A DNA stretch of 64,000 bases from Candidatus Magasanikiibacteriota bacterium (GTDB lineage: Bacteria; Patescibacteriota; Patescibacteriia; Magasanikbacterales; GWA2-37-8). The translations under genes and the position numbers were made by a program. The notes under the pieces were generated by a model that worked only from the letters and a program-made list of their open reading frames with translations, searched no databases and was not told the DNA's origin. The DNA lies in assembly GCA_041665405.1 (NCBI GenBank), contig JBAYIZ010000003.1:2589-66588 (forward strand), read 5' to 3'. Below, piece by piece: positions 39,629-50,100 of the stretch (its first letter is position 1; every line of letters starts with the position of its first letter).

Positions 39629-40741
39629 ATGCTTACGCAAATCGTGATCAATAAGAAAGCGATTGAACATAATCTGAAACAATTCAAAAAACTGATAGGC
39701 AAAGACACTCTACTGATGCCAGTAGTGAAGTCGAATGCCTACGGACACGGAATGATTGAGGTTGCAAAAATTTGTGACCTCAATTCTTTTGTTGACCGCA
39801 TTTGTGTGGTGAACCTAGATGAGGCGATTAGTCTTATCAATCATGGCATCAAAAAACCAATAATGATTTTAAGTTTCTACGAATTGGATGCGACCAAAAT
39901 TAAAATAGCAATAAAACGTGGGGTAATTTTTCCGGTATATTTATTAGATCAAATCCACTTTTTAAACAAAATATCCAAATCGATTGGGGAGAAGGTTAAA
40001 GTTCATTTAAAAATAGACACTGGTGCTACTAGAATTGGAGTGATGCCAAAAGAGGCCTTTGAGTTCGTTCAAAGTATAATCTATTTGAAAAATTTACAAT
40101 TAGAAGGAATTTGGAGTCATTTTGCTTCCAGTGAAGATGATTTTGAATATACAAAAAAACAACAAGGTGTGTTCAATAAGGTAGTAGACGAACTGGAGAA
40201 AAACGATATTTATATCCCTATCAAGCACCTTGCCTGCTCGGCCGCTACAATTTTTCATAAAAATTCCCATTACAGTGCCATTCGATTGGGTCTAAGTTTG
40301 TATGGTTTATATCCCAATGAAAAAAGTAAAAAAAATATTAAACTAAAACCTGTATTATCTTTGAATACAAAAGTTATTCAAGTAAAAAATATTGAACCAA
40401 ATACCAAAATCGGGTATGGGGGTACTTATAAAACAAAGAAAAAAACAAAAATCGCTATCTTACCAGTGGGCTATTGGGATGGTCTAGATCGAAAGCTGTC
40501 CAACGTTGGTCATGTGTTGATAAAGGGAGTTAGATGTCCAATACGTGGCCGAATTTGCATGAATTTAATGATGGTTGATGCCTCTAGCGTGAAAAAGGTA
40601 GTGGTAGGCGATAGTGTGACTATCATAGGCAAACAGGGAAAGCGCGTGATTACTATTGATGAATTATCCAAACAAATTGGTACTATAAATTATGAAGTAG
40701 TGGACAGAATTAATCCGCTAATTCCTCGACAAGTTGTCTAA
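39629..40741 (+). CDS. alr: alanine racemase
   Basis: PLP-lysine motif VVKSNAYGHG and the C-terminal ...RICMNLMMVD... beta domain. 370 aa. Confidence 0.88.
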   Translation: MLTQIVINKKAIEHNLKQFKKLIGKDTLLMPVVKSNAYGHGMIEVAKICDLNSFVDRICVVNLDEAISLINHGIKKPIMILSFYELDATKIKIAIKRGVIFPVYLLDQIHFLNKISKSIGEKVKVHLKIDTGATRIGVMPKEAFEFVQSIIYLKNLQLEGIWSHFASSEDDFEYTKKQQGVFNKVVDELEKNDIYIPIKHLACSAATIFHKNSHYSAIRLGLSLYGLYPNEKSKKNIKLKPVLSLNTKVIQVKNIEPNTKIGYGGTYKTKKKTKIAILPVGYWDGLDRKLSNVGHVLIKGVRCPIRGRICMNLMMVDASSVKKVVVGDSVTIIGKQGKRVITIDELSKQIGTINYEVVDRINPLIPRQVV

Positions 40742-40743
40742 TT

Positions 40744-41715
40744 ATGCAATATTTTCATTCCAACAAAAATTTTAACCAATACAAACCACACCAATCTTTT
40801 TGGCAGAAATTAAGATCTAAACGCCAAAAGAAACAGGCGGCGAGTAATTTTACCCAATCTACCTTAAAAAATCCCTATAAGAAAGAAGCACCTATTTCAA
40901 AAAACAAAACTAAGCTAGTTTTGGTATTTTTCTTTGTTCTTATTATTAGTTGGCTTGTCTTAATTTTGACACTGCCATATTTTAAGATATGTAAAATTAT
41001 CGTGATTGGTAATAAGATTACCAAGGCAGTTGAAGTGGAGAACTATGTTCGACAGAATAATTTTTCAATTAATAATTATTTCTTGTTTCCAGACAAATCT
41101 ACCGCAGATAAGATTAAAGAGGTGTTTTTGTATGAGAACACACAGATAAAAAAGATTTTTCCAGATACTATTGAGATAACCGTGACCGAAAAACCAGCCA
41201 GTGTAATTTATGATGATGGTGCTAACTACTATCTATTAGATGCAGATGGCAAGATTATCAAACAACTGATTGAATTTGCTAATTTACCTATTGTTATACC
41301 AATTTCTACATCCACAAGCTCTACAACGCCAAATAACGACCTTGTTGGCGCTACTACCACTATAAAAGTAACAACTAATGTTTACAAACAAATTCAGGGT
41401 GCTTATGGAAATTTTCCGATTATTTTGAATGACAAATTTTATTCAGAAAAAAATCTAATTTCAACAAGGATTATTACTACAGCCAACGAATGGTCAAAAC
41501 GTCTAAGAGAGCAAGGAATAGGGGAGGTACAGTATTTCAAGACTGGGGATACTGATTTCAACCTAAAAGTGTATTTAAAACAACCTTGGCATATACTGAT
41601 CAATACCGAATTGGATTCACAGATTCAAATGCAAAATTTAAAAACAATTTTATCCAACAACAAACCGACAGAGTATATCGATTTGCGATTTGGTGAACGT
41701 GTGTACTGGAAATAA
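40744..41715 (+). CDS. FtsQ/DivIB-like cell-division protein (tentative; single TM plus POTRA-like region)
   Basis: Basic N-terminus, one TM helix (LVLVFFFVLIISWLVLILTL), then ...ICKIIVIGNKITKAVEVENYV... resembling a POTRA domain. Confidence 0.35.
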   Translation: MQYFHSNKNFNQYKPHQSFWQKLRSKRQKKQAASNFTQSTLKNPYKKEAPISKNKTKLVLVFFFVLIISWLVLILTLPYFKICKIIVIGNKITKAVEVENYVRQNNFSINNYFLFPDKSTADKIKEVFLYENTQIKKIFPDTIEITVTEKPASVIYDDGANYYLLDADGKIIKQLIEFANLPIVIPISTSTSSTTPNNDLVGATTTIKVTTNVYKQIQGAYGNFPIILNDKFYSEKNLISTRIITTANEWSKRLREQGIGEVQYFKTGDTDFNLKVYLKQPWHILINTELDSQIQMQNLKTILSNNKPTEYIDLRFGERVYWK

Positions 41716-41870
41716 ATTTCAAATGAACTTCGATAGAGGAGTGGTGTAAAAACCATGTGGATAAGTAGTCTTTACTATTTATTAGCTTTGTTATAGTATT
41801 GAGTATAATAACTCTTACACTCATAACTATATAAGCCTTTTGGGCTTAAATATGATATAATGAATACCAT

Positions 41871-42824
41871 ATGACTATAAACACCATCTCTCTACCTTAT
41901 CTTGATGATTTTATTTTAAATCTCAAAGCAAATAATTTCTCCGAAGAAACTGCTTATAATTATGAACGTGATTTAAAAACTTTTGAATCATTTTTATCTA
42001 ATGATATTAAAAAACCATTTGAACAGATAAACAAAACGGATATTTTGCGTTTTAAAGCATATCTAAGTTCATCAGATCGTAAAACCGCTGAAGACCACAA
42101 GCCAGAAAAGAAACTGAATAGTTATTCGATAAACCGAATACTCTCTGCCCTACGCTCATATTTGAAGTTTATGGAAGAAATGGACCACACTCCACCTGTG
42201 TCCACTAGCGCCATAAAACTATTAAAAAACGAAAAAAAACATGCTCGAGTACCAGAATTTGAGGTATTGATAAAACTAATTGAATCTCCTACCGTTTATG
42301 AAAAAGATATTCAAATAGCATTAAGAAATCGAGCTATGCTGGAGACACTGTTTGCAACTGGCATGCGTATTTCCGAATTATTATCATTAAAAGTTGAACA
42401 AATTGACCAAACAGGCAAAATATATGTGATGGGTAAAGGAAAAAAACAACGTTTTGTATATCTCACTCCCCGTGCATTACAACATTTAAAAAATTATCTT
42501 GCCAAACGCGCATGCGTTTCTGATATGTTGTTTGTCCCCTATCGTGGAAAAAATAATAATGAAAAAAACAAAAAACTATCAGCAAATTATTTACAATATA
42601 AAATAAAACAATATAGACAATATTTGGATATCAATCTACCTATTAGTGCCCACACCTTACGCCACGGTTTTGCCACATTTTTGGCCGAAAAAGGTGCTAA
42701 TCCGGCCGCAATTCAAATTCTATTAGGACACGAATCCCTAGACACAACCACCAGATATGTACATGCTTCAGACCGATACGCAGAAAAAACTCACCACGAT
42801 TTTCATCCCCTATTCGATAAATAA
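41871..42824 (+). CDS. xerC: tyrosine site-specific recombinase (XerC/XerD-like)
   Basis: Catalytic region ...HTLRHGFATFLAEKGANPAAIQILLGHESLDTTTRYVH (R..H.R.Y box) and an N-terminal SAM-like core-binding domain. Followed by a terminator hairpin at 42833-42853. Confidence 0.85.
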   Translation: MTINTISLPYLDDFILNLKANNFSEETAYNYERDLKTFESFLSNDIKKPFEQINKTDILRFKAYLSSSDRKTAEDHKPEKKLNSYSINRILSALRSYLKFMEEMDHTPPVSTSAIKLLKNEKKHARVPEFEVLIKLIESPTVYEKDIQIALRNRAMLETLFATGMRISELLSLKVEQIDQTGKIYVMGKGKKQRFVYLTPRALQHLKNYLAKRACVSDMLFVPYRGKNNNEKNKKLSANYLQYKIKQYRQYLDINLPISAHTLRHGFATFLAEKGANPAAIQILLGHESLDTTTRYVHASDRYAEKTHHDFHPLFDK

Positions 42825-42832
42825 AACAAAAA

Positions 42833-42853
42833 AACCACCGCAAGGTGGTTTTA
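42833..42853. terminator. bidirectional terminator between the convergent xer and PRTase genes
   Basis: AAACCACCgcaaGGTGGTTTT. Confidence 0.65.
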
Positions 42854-42869
42854 AAAATTATTATTATAT

Positions 42870-43763
42870 TTATGTCTTTGATTTCAAACTTAAAAATGCA
42901 CGTCTGACTTCGTCAAAATGCGCCTTTAATTTTTGTTTTAATAATTCCCCTTCTGAATTATTAGAGATTGAACTCAAAGTACTGTCTTCATATTTATCCA
43001 AATCACTCATAGCATTATCATCGAGCTCTTCATACTGACCAATTTTATTTAATATATGAATTAGAGTATCAACCTCTCCATTGTGCTCGATATTTTTTCG
43101 TGCGACAATCGCGTTATCATACTTCTCAACAACATCTTTTTTAGGATGATATTGTAAAACAAAACCAAGGCCAAGAGGTTCAGGTTTGATACTACTTCTG
43201 CGTACATAAGGATGTAAAACTTCTTTACTTCTAGAAATTTCTGAAGCCATATCACTATTAATGTAGCCTAAAATTACTTTTCCAATATTAGGAAATGCAC
43301 TGGTCAACTGTTCCTGTGCATTTTTTAAAGTATTACCTGTAGAGATTAATTCATCAACTACTAAAACTACCTTACCATCAAAAACATCTTTGGATAAATC
43401 GTATGTTATTTTTGTTCGTCGTACTCTCTCAGACATCTCTTCGGTTTTAAGCTTACGATGACTTTTGCCAGCTATAAACCTTATTTCTGGCGGTTTAATA
43501 CCGGGATAAACCCTTTTCCATAATGATTTTATAAATAAAGCCAAGGGCCTTGAACTGATATCTAATATCACCAATGTATCAACCTTATTTTCATAAATAC
43601 TAACTACAAAATCAATCCCCTGTTCAATATAATTTTTCCTATTTTCCGGTAAAAACAATCCATCATCATTATAATTTTCAAAATATGATGAATAATCTTG
43701 TTTATTTTTCATCAACAACTCAGGAAATTCGTCTGATTTAAAATAGCTTGGCTCACGTCTCAT
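42870..43763 (-). CDS. phosphoribosyltransferase-domain protein
   Basis: Type I PRTase PRPP-binding motif VVLVVDELISTGNT in the central region. N- and C-terminal extensions of unknown function. Confidence 0.5.
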   Translation of the reverse strand: MRREPSYFKSDEFPELLMKNKQDYSSYFENYNDDGLFLPENRKNYIEQGIDFVVSIYENKVDTLVILDISSRPLALFIKSLWKRVYPGIKPPEIRFIAGKSHRKLKTEEMSERVRRTKITYDLSKDVFDGKVVLVVDELISTGNTLKNAQEQLTSAFPNIGKVILGYINSDMASEISRSKEVLHPYVRRSSIKPEPLGLGFVLQYHPKKDVVEKYDNAIVARKNIEHNGEVDTLIHILNKIGQYEELDDNAMSDLDKYEDSTLSSISNNSEGELLKQKLKAHFDEVRRAFLSLKSKT

Positions 43764-43771
43764 AATAAATT

Positions 43772-44749
43772 TTACTTAGCAACTTCAATAATCAAATCCA
43801 GCATCTTACTAAATGGTATCCCCGCTTTCCCGGCCGCCTCTGGGAACAAACTGGTTGCGGTCATCCCAGGAATAGTATTTGTTTCAATCACATACACTTT
43901 TTTATCGTCACCATAAAAGAAATCCGTGCGACTCATACCACGACAGCTCAAGGCCAAATGCGCCTTCACGGCATAATCTTGCATCTGTTTATTTATTTCC
44001 TCAGGAAAATCTGCCGGACACACATGTTTTGAACCACCAGCGGCGTATTTTGATTTATAATCATAAAATTTTCCCAGTTGCGGTAAAATATGAGTTGGGG
44101 GTAATGCAAAAGCCTCACCTTTTTTCTCCAAAATTCCACAGGTGGCCTCTTGCCCTTTGATAAACCGTTGGGCCATCAACCAAGGATATTTTTTAATCGT
44201 TTTATTTATCGCTTTTATCAAATCGTCTTCAGTTTTAATTATCGAAACACCTACGGCCGAACCTTGATCAACCGGTTTTACCACACACGGATATCCAACC
44301 TGATCATTAATCGCTTTCAAAATATCTTTTTTAAATTTTTTCCAATATTTGGCAGTAATATCAATAAACTCTGGATGTGGTATTTTCCAAACATGGTACA
44401 TCAAACCAGCATATACTTTATTCATACACAAAGCACTGCTCAAAGTATTTGGTCCTGTATATTTAATTCCCAAAGTCTCAAACATACCTTGCACAGAGCC
44501 GTCTTCACCTGGTGATCCGTGCAAAGCAACAAAAATAACATCAAAAGATTTACGATCCTTATTTACGAAATCTACCGCTCGTTTATTTTTGCCAACAACA
44601 ATAAATTTACTATCCTTGGTCATTTCAATCAAAGTTGGTAAATATTTTGAACGGTCAAGATTATCAAAAACCGCCTGACCAGTAATCAACGAAATCTCTC
44701 GTTCAGACGATGTACCTCCGTACAAAACTCCAATCTTCAACTTAGACAT
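43772..44749 (-). CDS. ddl: D-alanine--D-alanine ligase
   Basis: ATP-grasp fold with ...IFVALHGSPGEDGSVQGM... and the C-terminal ...VYVIETNTIPGMTATSLFP.... 325 aa. Confidence 0.92.
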   Translation of the reverse strand: MSKLKIGVLYGGTSSEREISLITGQAVFDNLDRSKYLPTLIEMTKDSKFIVVGKNKRAVDFVNKDRKSFDVIFVALHGSPGEDGSVQGMFETLGIKYTGPNTLSSALCMNKVYAGLMYHVWKIPHPEFIDITAKYWKKFKKDILKAINDQVGYPCVVKPVDQGSAVGVSIIKTEDDLIKAINKTIKKYPWLMAQRFIKGQEATCGILEKKGEAFALPPTHILPQLGKFYDYKSKYAAGGSKHVCPADFPEEINKQMQDYAVKAHLALSCRGMSRTDFFYGDDKKVYVIETNTIPGMTATSLFPEAAGKAGIPFSKMLDLIIEVAK

Positions 44750-44765
44750 AATAAATTAAATTATA

Positions 44766-45989
44766 TTAAGGTAAATAATTTTCTGCATTAACTGGTATAC
44801 CATTCAAGCGTACCTCAAAATGCAAATGGGCACCAGTTACAAACGGACCAGACCCTACCATTCCAGGTGTACCACCAGAATATCCGATAATATCCCCCTT
44901 TGTTACAAATTGATCTTCGGTAACAGTAATACGACTCAAATGACCATAAAGGGTGGACAGATTACCATTGTGAATCAGTAAAATATAACTATAGCAACTA
45001 GCCACGGTACAGCGTTTGGCACGTCCTATATAGCCCGAATTTGAGGCCACAATAGGCGAACCCTGTGGAGAGCGAATATCAGTACCACTATGTTCAAAAA
45101 CTCGTCTAAATGGGTAATCTGGATCATGGAAAGCTGAGGTAACATAACGTCCACTCACCGGCCACACGAAATCGCCCGGTTTGGCTGGAATATTTTTAAA
45201 CCGATCCTGATCGGCCAGTTTTTTCCTCACTTGATCTTCATATGAACGCACTTCATTTTCTACTAATTTATATTGCTGACGCAAACTATCAAGCAATGTT
45301 CTATATTTCAATTCAGAAGATTGAGTTTGAACCAACAGCGTTTGTTTGGTACCCATACTTTCATTCAAATCTTTCTTTTTATTTTCCAGTTGCACCAACA
45401 ACTCGTCATATGTTTTTCGACGTTCTTCTGCTTGGGCCTTTTTCTTATCCAAATCTTCTTTGATCAACCTCACTTGTTTTACTGTACGTCCCAAGTCTGT
45501 ATACACATCTTCTAGATACTTAGCTTGATTATAAAATTCGGCAAAATTGTCATTGGTCAACATTATCTCCAAAAAGTTCTTTTGATCATTAGCGTGCAGA
45601 TCTTGAATTATTTTTGATATAATTTTTTTCTGTTTATCCATGGTTTCTTGTTTTTGCGCAATTGAAATACTCAGGGCTTCAATTTCTAATTCTGTTTTAT
45701 CAAGCTTCGCTGATGTCAAGCTAACATCCGCCTCCGCCTGGGCGATACGATTTTCCAAAATACTCATCTGATTTTTCAGAGACACGGCTTCAGTACGTTT
45801 TTGAGCAATATTGTTATTATACTTCGCAATCGTATCTTCCAACTCTTTAATCTTATCTTTGCGAGTTTCAATCTGTTTGTTGAGTTGATCAATCTCAGCG
45901 GTAGTATCATCAGCCGACACAAAAAGCCGGGTTGTAAAAGCCACCCCGATTATAAACAATATCACTAAAAATTTTGATATTTTAGTCAT
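44766..45989 (-). CDS. peptidase M23 family murein endopeptidase with N-terminal coiled-coil (EnvC-like)
   Basis: Signal/TM at the N-terminus and a long coiled-coil. C-terminal M23 motifs HSGTDIRSPQGSPIVASNSGYI and GAHLHFEV. Confidence 0.85.
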   Translation of the reverse strand: MTKISKFLVILFIIGVAFTTRLFVSADDTTAEIDQLNKQIETRKDKIKELEDTIAKYNNNIAQKRTEAVSLKNQMSILENRIAQAEADVSLTSAKLDKTELEIEALSISIAQKQETMDKQKKIISKIIQDLHANDQKNFLEIMLTNDNFAEFYNQAKYLEDVYTDLGRTVKQVRLIKEDLDKKKAQAEERRKTYDELLVQLENKKKDLNESMGTKQTLLVQTQSSELKYRTLLDSLRQQYKLVENEVRSYEDQVRKKLADQDRFKNIPAKPGDFVWPVSGRYVTSAFHDPDYPFRRVFEHSGTDIRSPQGSPIVASNSGYIGRAKRCTVASCYSYILLIHNGNLSTLYGHLSRITVTEDQFVTKGDIIGYSGGTPGMVGSGPFVTGAHLHFEVRLNGIPVNAENYLP

Positions 45990-46066
45990 GATGAAATTAT
46001 ACCATATATATAAAAAAAATTGAACAACGAGTGTTCAATTTTTAGAATTCTATCTGAGATGTAATC

Positions 46067-47545
46067 TTACAATAACTTTTCTATGGCTAATTTTATTCTA
46101 CGCAAGGATTCGTCCTTGCCCAAAACAGAAGCGATTTCAAACGGTCCGGGAGAATTTTGCTGGCCAGACAAAGATACCCGCAAAGGCCAAAGTACACTAC
46201 CATTCTGGAAATTGTTATTTTTGACCCACTCCCCTACTACTAATTGTAAAATATCCTTATTCCACTGTTGAACACTAACTGTATTCAATTCTTCAGCTAA
46301 TCTTGGCAAAATTTCTTTCACTTCAGATTCATTACTTTTTTTCCAAATCAAAATATCACCAGTATATTCAGGTAAAACAAACACAAAACCAAGCGCTTCG
46401 GGTAATTGTGCTAGAGTACTCACACGCTCTTTTTCCAGAGACAATACCATACTTATCCAGGCGCGATCTACATTATACTTTACCAATCCTGCCTTTACCA
46501 ACCACGGCAGTGACAATTCAACCATTTTATCACCACTCAAATTTCGTATATATTGTTGATTAAACCAGTCTAGTTTTTCCAAATTAAATACAGCCCCAGA
46601 CTTATTTATTTTTTCGATTTGAAAATCTTTTATCAATTCATCCATTGAATACATTTCTTTTTCACCACCTGGATTCCAACCTAGAAAGGCCACAAAATTT
46701 ATCATGGCTTCTGGCAAGTATCCTTTTTGAATATAATCCTCTACCGCTACGTCGCCCTGACGTTTACTCATCTTGGTTTTGTCCGTATTGAGCAATAACG
46801 GCAGATGAGCGAGCTGTGGTACATCCCAACCAAAATATTTGTACAACTGAATATGTTTTGGAGTGCTACTAATCCATTCATCGCCACGTACAACGTGGGT
46901 AATTTCCATGAAATGATCATCTATCACTACTGCAAAATGATAGGTAGGAAAACCATCGGTTTTAATAATAACTTGGTCATCAATCAATTCATTTTTAAAT
47001 ACCACCTCACCCCTTATCAAATCATTAAATACAGTTTCACCTTCTTTTGGCATTTTCATACGCAATACGTGCGCCTCACCTTTGCTTACTCGCTCTTGAG
47101 CTTCTGCAGGACTCAAACCACGACAAAGTCCATCATAACCGGATGCCAATTTATTTGCGTTTTGATAATTTCTCAAATCTTCCAATCTCTGCGCTGTGCA
47201 AAAACAATGATAGGCGTGGCCCTTCTCTAAAAGTTCTTTGGCATATTTTCCGTACAACTCCAATCGATTTGACTGCATATAAGGACCCTTATCCCCTTTT
47301 TCACGAATCACTCCATTCTCATCCATCACTACACCTTCGTCTGTTTCTATCCCTGCCCATTTTAATGAACGCAAAATATTCTCTAACCCACCTTCAACAA
47401 ATCTTTTTCTATCAGTATCCTCAATACGTAACAAAAATTTGCCGTTGTTTTGTTTGGCAATTAGATAACAATATAGAGCGGTTCTCAAACCACCAACATG
47501 CAACATTCCAGTAGGGCTTGGGGCATAACGTGTACGTAGTATCAT
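46067..47545 (-). CDS. gltX: glutamate--tRNA ligase
   Basis: Class I HIGH region RYAPSPTGMLHVGGLRTALY and KMSKR motif (KTKMSKRQG). 492 aa. Confidence 0.93.
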   Translation of the reverse strand: MILRTRYAPSPTGMLHVGGLRTALYCYLIAKQNNGKFLLRIEDTDRKRFVEGGLENILRSLKWAGIETDEGVVMDENGVIREKGDKGPYMQSNRLELYGKYAKELLEKGHAYHCFCTAQRLEDLRNYQNANKLASGYDGLCRGLSPAEAQERVSKGEAHVLRMKMPKEGETVFNDLIRGEVVFKNELIDDQVIIKTDGFPTYHFAVVIDDHFMEITHVVRGDEWISSTPKHIQLYKYFGWDVPQLAHLPLLLNTDKTKMSKRQGDVAVEDYIQKGYLPEAMINFVAFLGWNPGGEKEMYSMDELIKDFQIEKINKSGAVFNLEKLDWFNQQYIRNLSGDKMVELSLPWLVKAGLVKYNVDRAWISMVLSLEKERVSTLAQLPEALGFVFVLPEYTGDILIWKKSNESEVKEILPRLAEELNTVSVQQWNKDILQLVVGEWVKNNNFQNGSVLWPLRVSLSGQQNSPGPFEIASVLGKDESLRRIKLAIEKLL

Positions 47546-47549
47546 AAGT

Positions 47550-48311
47550 CTATTTTTTAAACAAATTACTAACTATTAGAGCCAAAAATACAACTGTAGC
47601 CTTGAAAATACGTTTGATACGGCTTGGCTGAACAATCAAACGATAAACCCATTCTAAACCAATTTTACGCATAAAACAAGGGGCTCTTTTCACAGTGCCA
47701 GAGAGATAATCAAATGTTCCTCCCACTCCCATAGCAATCTTCACAGAAGGAAAATTCTTGATATTTTCATAAATCCACTTCTCCTGTTTGTTGTGCCCAA
47801 ACGCCACCAATAATATGTCCGGTGCCGTCACTATGATTTCATGTATAGCCTGATCATTCATTTCTGGTTCTGGTACTATTGTCTGCTTGTCTTCAACCAA
47901 TAAAGAATTAATTTGTGGACCAGGATGAAACCCAGCTATTCTTAATTTAGGAAATTGTTTTTTCAAATTATCAACCGTTTTTTTCAATATTTCTCTAGAT
48001 TCTGAACCAACCAAAAATATACTTTTATTTTCTGTCTGAGCCATTTCACACAACCGAAACACGAAATCCACTCCGGTAATCCGTTTTATTTTCCCCAGAC
48101 TCACCAAACTAATACCAAAACCATCACATAAATTCAAATCACCAAAATTTAAAACTGTTTTGAAATATTCATCCGATTGCGCGTCCACCAACATTTCCGG
48201 ATTGGGAGTAAAAATAAAATTTTGTTTTCCGTTATACAAAAATTCGCGCGCTTTACCAACCGCTTCATCCATAGTCAAATTGTCTATCTTCACTCCCAAA
48301 ACTGATGTCAT
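47550..48311 (-). CDS. tagA: WecB/TagA/CpsF-family glycosyltransferase
   Basis: ...VLGVKIDNLTMDEAV...FTPNPEML... is the family's N-terminal signature. Start trimmed to the internal Met so it does not overlap the upstream ABC gene. Confidence 0.75.
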   Translation of the reverse strand: MTSVLGVKIDNLTMDEAVGKAREFLYNGKQNFIFTPNPEMLVDAQSDEYFKTVLNFGDLNLCDGFGISLVSLGKIKRITGVDFVFRLCEMAQTENKSIFLVGSESREILKKTVDNLKKQFPKLRIAGFHPGPQINSLLVEDKQTIVPEPEMNDQAIHEIIVTAPDILLVAFGHNKQEKWIYENIKNFPSVKIAMGVGGTFDYLSGTVKRAPCFMRKIGLEWVYRLIVQPSRIKRIFKATVVFLALIVSNLFKK

Positions 48312-48324
48312 AACAATTAATAAT

Positions 48325-50094
48325 TTACTTGATAAACCCACCCGCCTGCAAATCCCACAATTTTTTATATAAACCACCTTTTTTCTTTGATAACTTTTCA
48401 TGATTACCGATCTCAGAGATTTTTCCTTTATCTAAAACTACTATTCGATCTGCGCTCATAATAGTGGACAAACGATGGGCTACTACCACAACCGTTTTAT
48501 CTTTCATCAATTTTTCCAACGCATCTTGAATCAAATGTTCAGACTCTGAATCCAAACTAGAAGTTGCCTCATCCAATAACAAGATTGGAGCATTTTTTAA
48601 TATTGCTCGTGCAATCGCCACTCTCTGTCTTTCACCGCCAGACAACTTTAACCCTCTTTCTCCAACAAAAGTATCATATCCTTTTGGAAGTTGAGAAATA
48701 AATTTATCACAGTGCGCCGCTTTGGCCGCTGCAAAAATTTCATCATCAGTAGCATCAAATTTTCCATATCGTATATTTTCTCTCAAACTACGATGAAATA
48801 AAATTGGGTCTTGTGGTACCAACGAAATATTTGACCACAAACTTTCTTGTTTTACTTTAGCAATATTTTGATTATCAATCAAAATTTTACCACTAGTCAC
48901 ATCGTGCATGCGCAAAAGTAATTTGATAATAGTAGATTTACCAGCACCAGAAGGTCCAATCAACGCCACTCTCTCTCCAGGTTTTATAGTCAGTTCAAAA
49001 TTATTCAAAACTTCTCTAGTCTTATGATAATTGAAAGAAACTTCCTCAAACCGAATTTCTCCACTTGTTATTAACAAATCCTTGGCCTTTGGAATATCAA
49101 TAATCTCCAATGGCGTTAACAACATTTCAGTCATTTCAGAAGCCTCAGATAAATCCGAATAAACATGATTAATAATACGACCAAAATTCCAAATATTTAA
49201 AATTACTGAAATCACATATGCCTGAATCATCATAAAATCTCCAACCGAGAAAAGTCCTTTTTGCCATAACAAAATACCAATATACATCAATCCAACTTCT
49301 AAAATTAGTGACAAAAAACCTTGAGCTGTGTCAAAATAACTAGATAATTTCCATGAAAAATACTGCAAATTCGTGAATTTGTTTACCGTCTCAAAAAAAC
49401 TTTTCTTTTCTGTCTGATAACCGGTAAATAATTTTACATTCGCATTGTTGGTAATAGTATCAGCCAACAAACCACTAACAGCTGAATCAGCCTCACTGCG
49501 TGCTACATCAAATTTCAATTTATATCGTATAAATATGTAATTTACCAAACTGTAAATTAAAATCCACACCAATAAGGCTAAACCGAGATAAAAATTACGA
49601 TAAAACAACACCCCTACTATAATACTGATTTCAATAATCATCCCGGAAATGTTGAAAATAATTCTATCCGAAATCATTTCAAATGAACGAACAAACCGTC
49701 CCACTCGTTTTACTAATGAACCAACAAAATTATTATTGAAATAAGAGAATGAACGCAGGTGCAGATTCGCAAATGCATAGTTATATAAATCAGCCATGGT
49801 CTTGGATTGAAAATATGATCCACCAAAAGTAACAAATCTATATCCAATAAATTGGACAAAACGAATAAACAGAATTATAAACAACACTAAAAAAAGCTGT
49901 TTGGAAATACTGGCAATATCACCTTTCTCAGCCAACAAATCAATAAATCTTTTTAAATACAAGGGCGCAATTGTACTACCCGCTGAAGATATAAGAATAC
50001 CAAACAAAACCAAAAAAAATGTCACCTTATAATTCATCAGAAAGTGCCAATATATTTTAAGCGTATCTTTAATATATGAATTGTTTTTTTTCAT
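48325..50094 (-). CDS. ABC exporter, fused permease/ATP-binding protein (MsbA-like)
   Basis: Six-TM domain followed by an NBD with Walker A GPSGAGKST, ABC signature LSGGERQR and Walker B ILLLDEATS. Confidence 0.9.
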   Translation of the reverse strand: MKKNNSYIKDTLKIYWHFLMNYKVTFFLVLFGILISSAGSTIAPLYLKRFIDLLAEKGDIASISKQLFLVLFIILFIRFVQFIGYRFVTFGGSYFQSKTMADLYNYAFANLHLRSFSYFNNNFVGSLVKRVGRFVRSFEMISDRIIFNISGMIIEISIIVGVLFYRNFYLGLALLVWILIYSLVNYIFIRYKLKFDVARSEADSAVSGLLADTITNNANVKLFTGYQTEKKSFFETVNKFTNLQYFSWKLSSYFDTAQGFLSLILEVGLMYIGILLWQKGLFSVGDFMMIQAYVISVILNIWNFGRIINHVYSDLSEASEMTEMLLTPLEIIDIPKAKDLLITSGEIRFEEVSFNYHKTREVLNNFELTIKPGERVALIGPSGAGKSTIIKLLLRMHDVTSGKILIDNQNIAKVKQESLWSNISLVPQDPILFHRSLRENIRYGKFDATDDEIFAAAKAAHCDKFISQLPKGYDTFVGERGLKLSGGERQRVAIARAILKNAPILLLDEATSSLDSESEHLIQDALEKLMKDKTVVVVAHRLSTIMSADRIVVLDKGKISEIGNHEKLSKKKGGLYKKLWDLQAGGFIK

Positions 50095-50100
50095 CTTATA

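Noticed and set aside
48325-48401. 77-bp overlap between the tagA-like and ABC exporter ORFs
   Set aside because: An internal Met (MTSVLGVKIDNL…) at 48311 gives a non-overlapping tagA start that matches the family N-terminus, so it is not a genuine overlap or frameshift.
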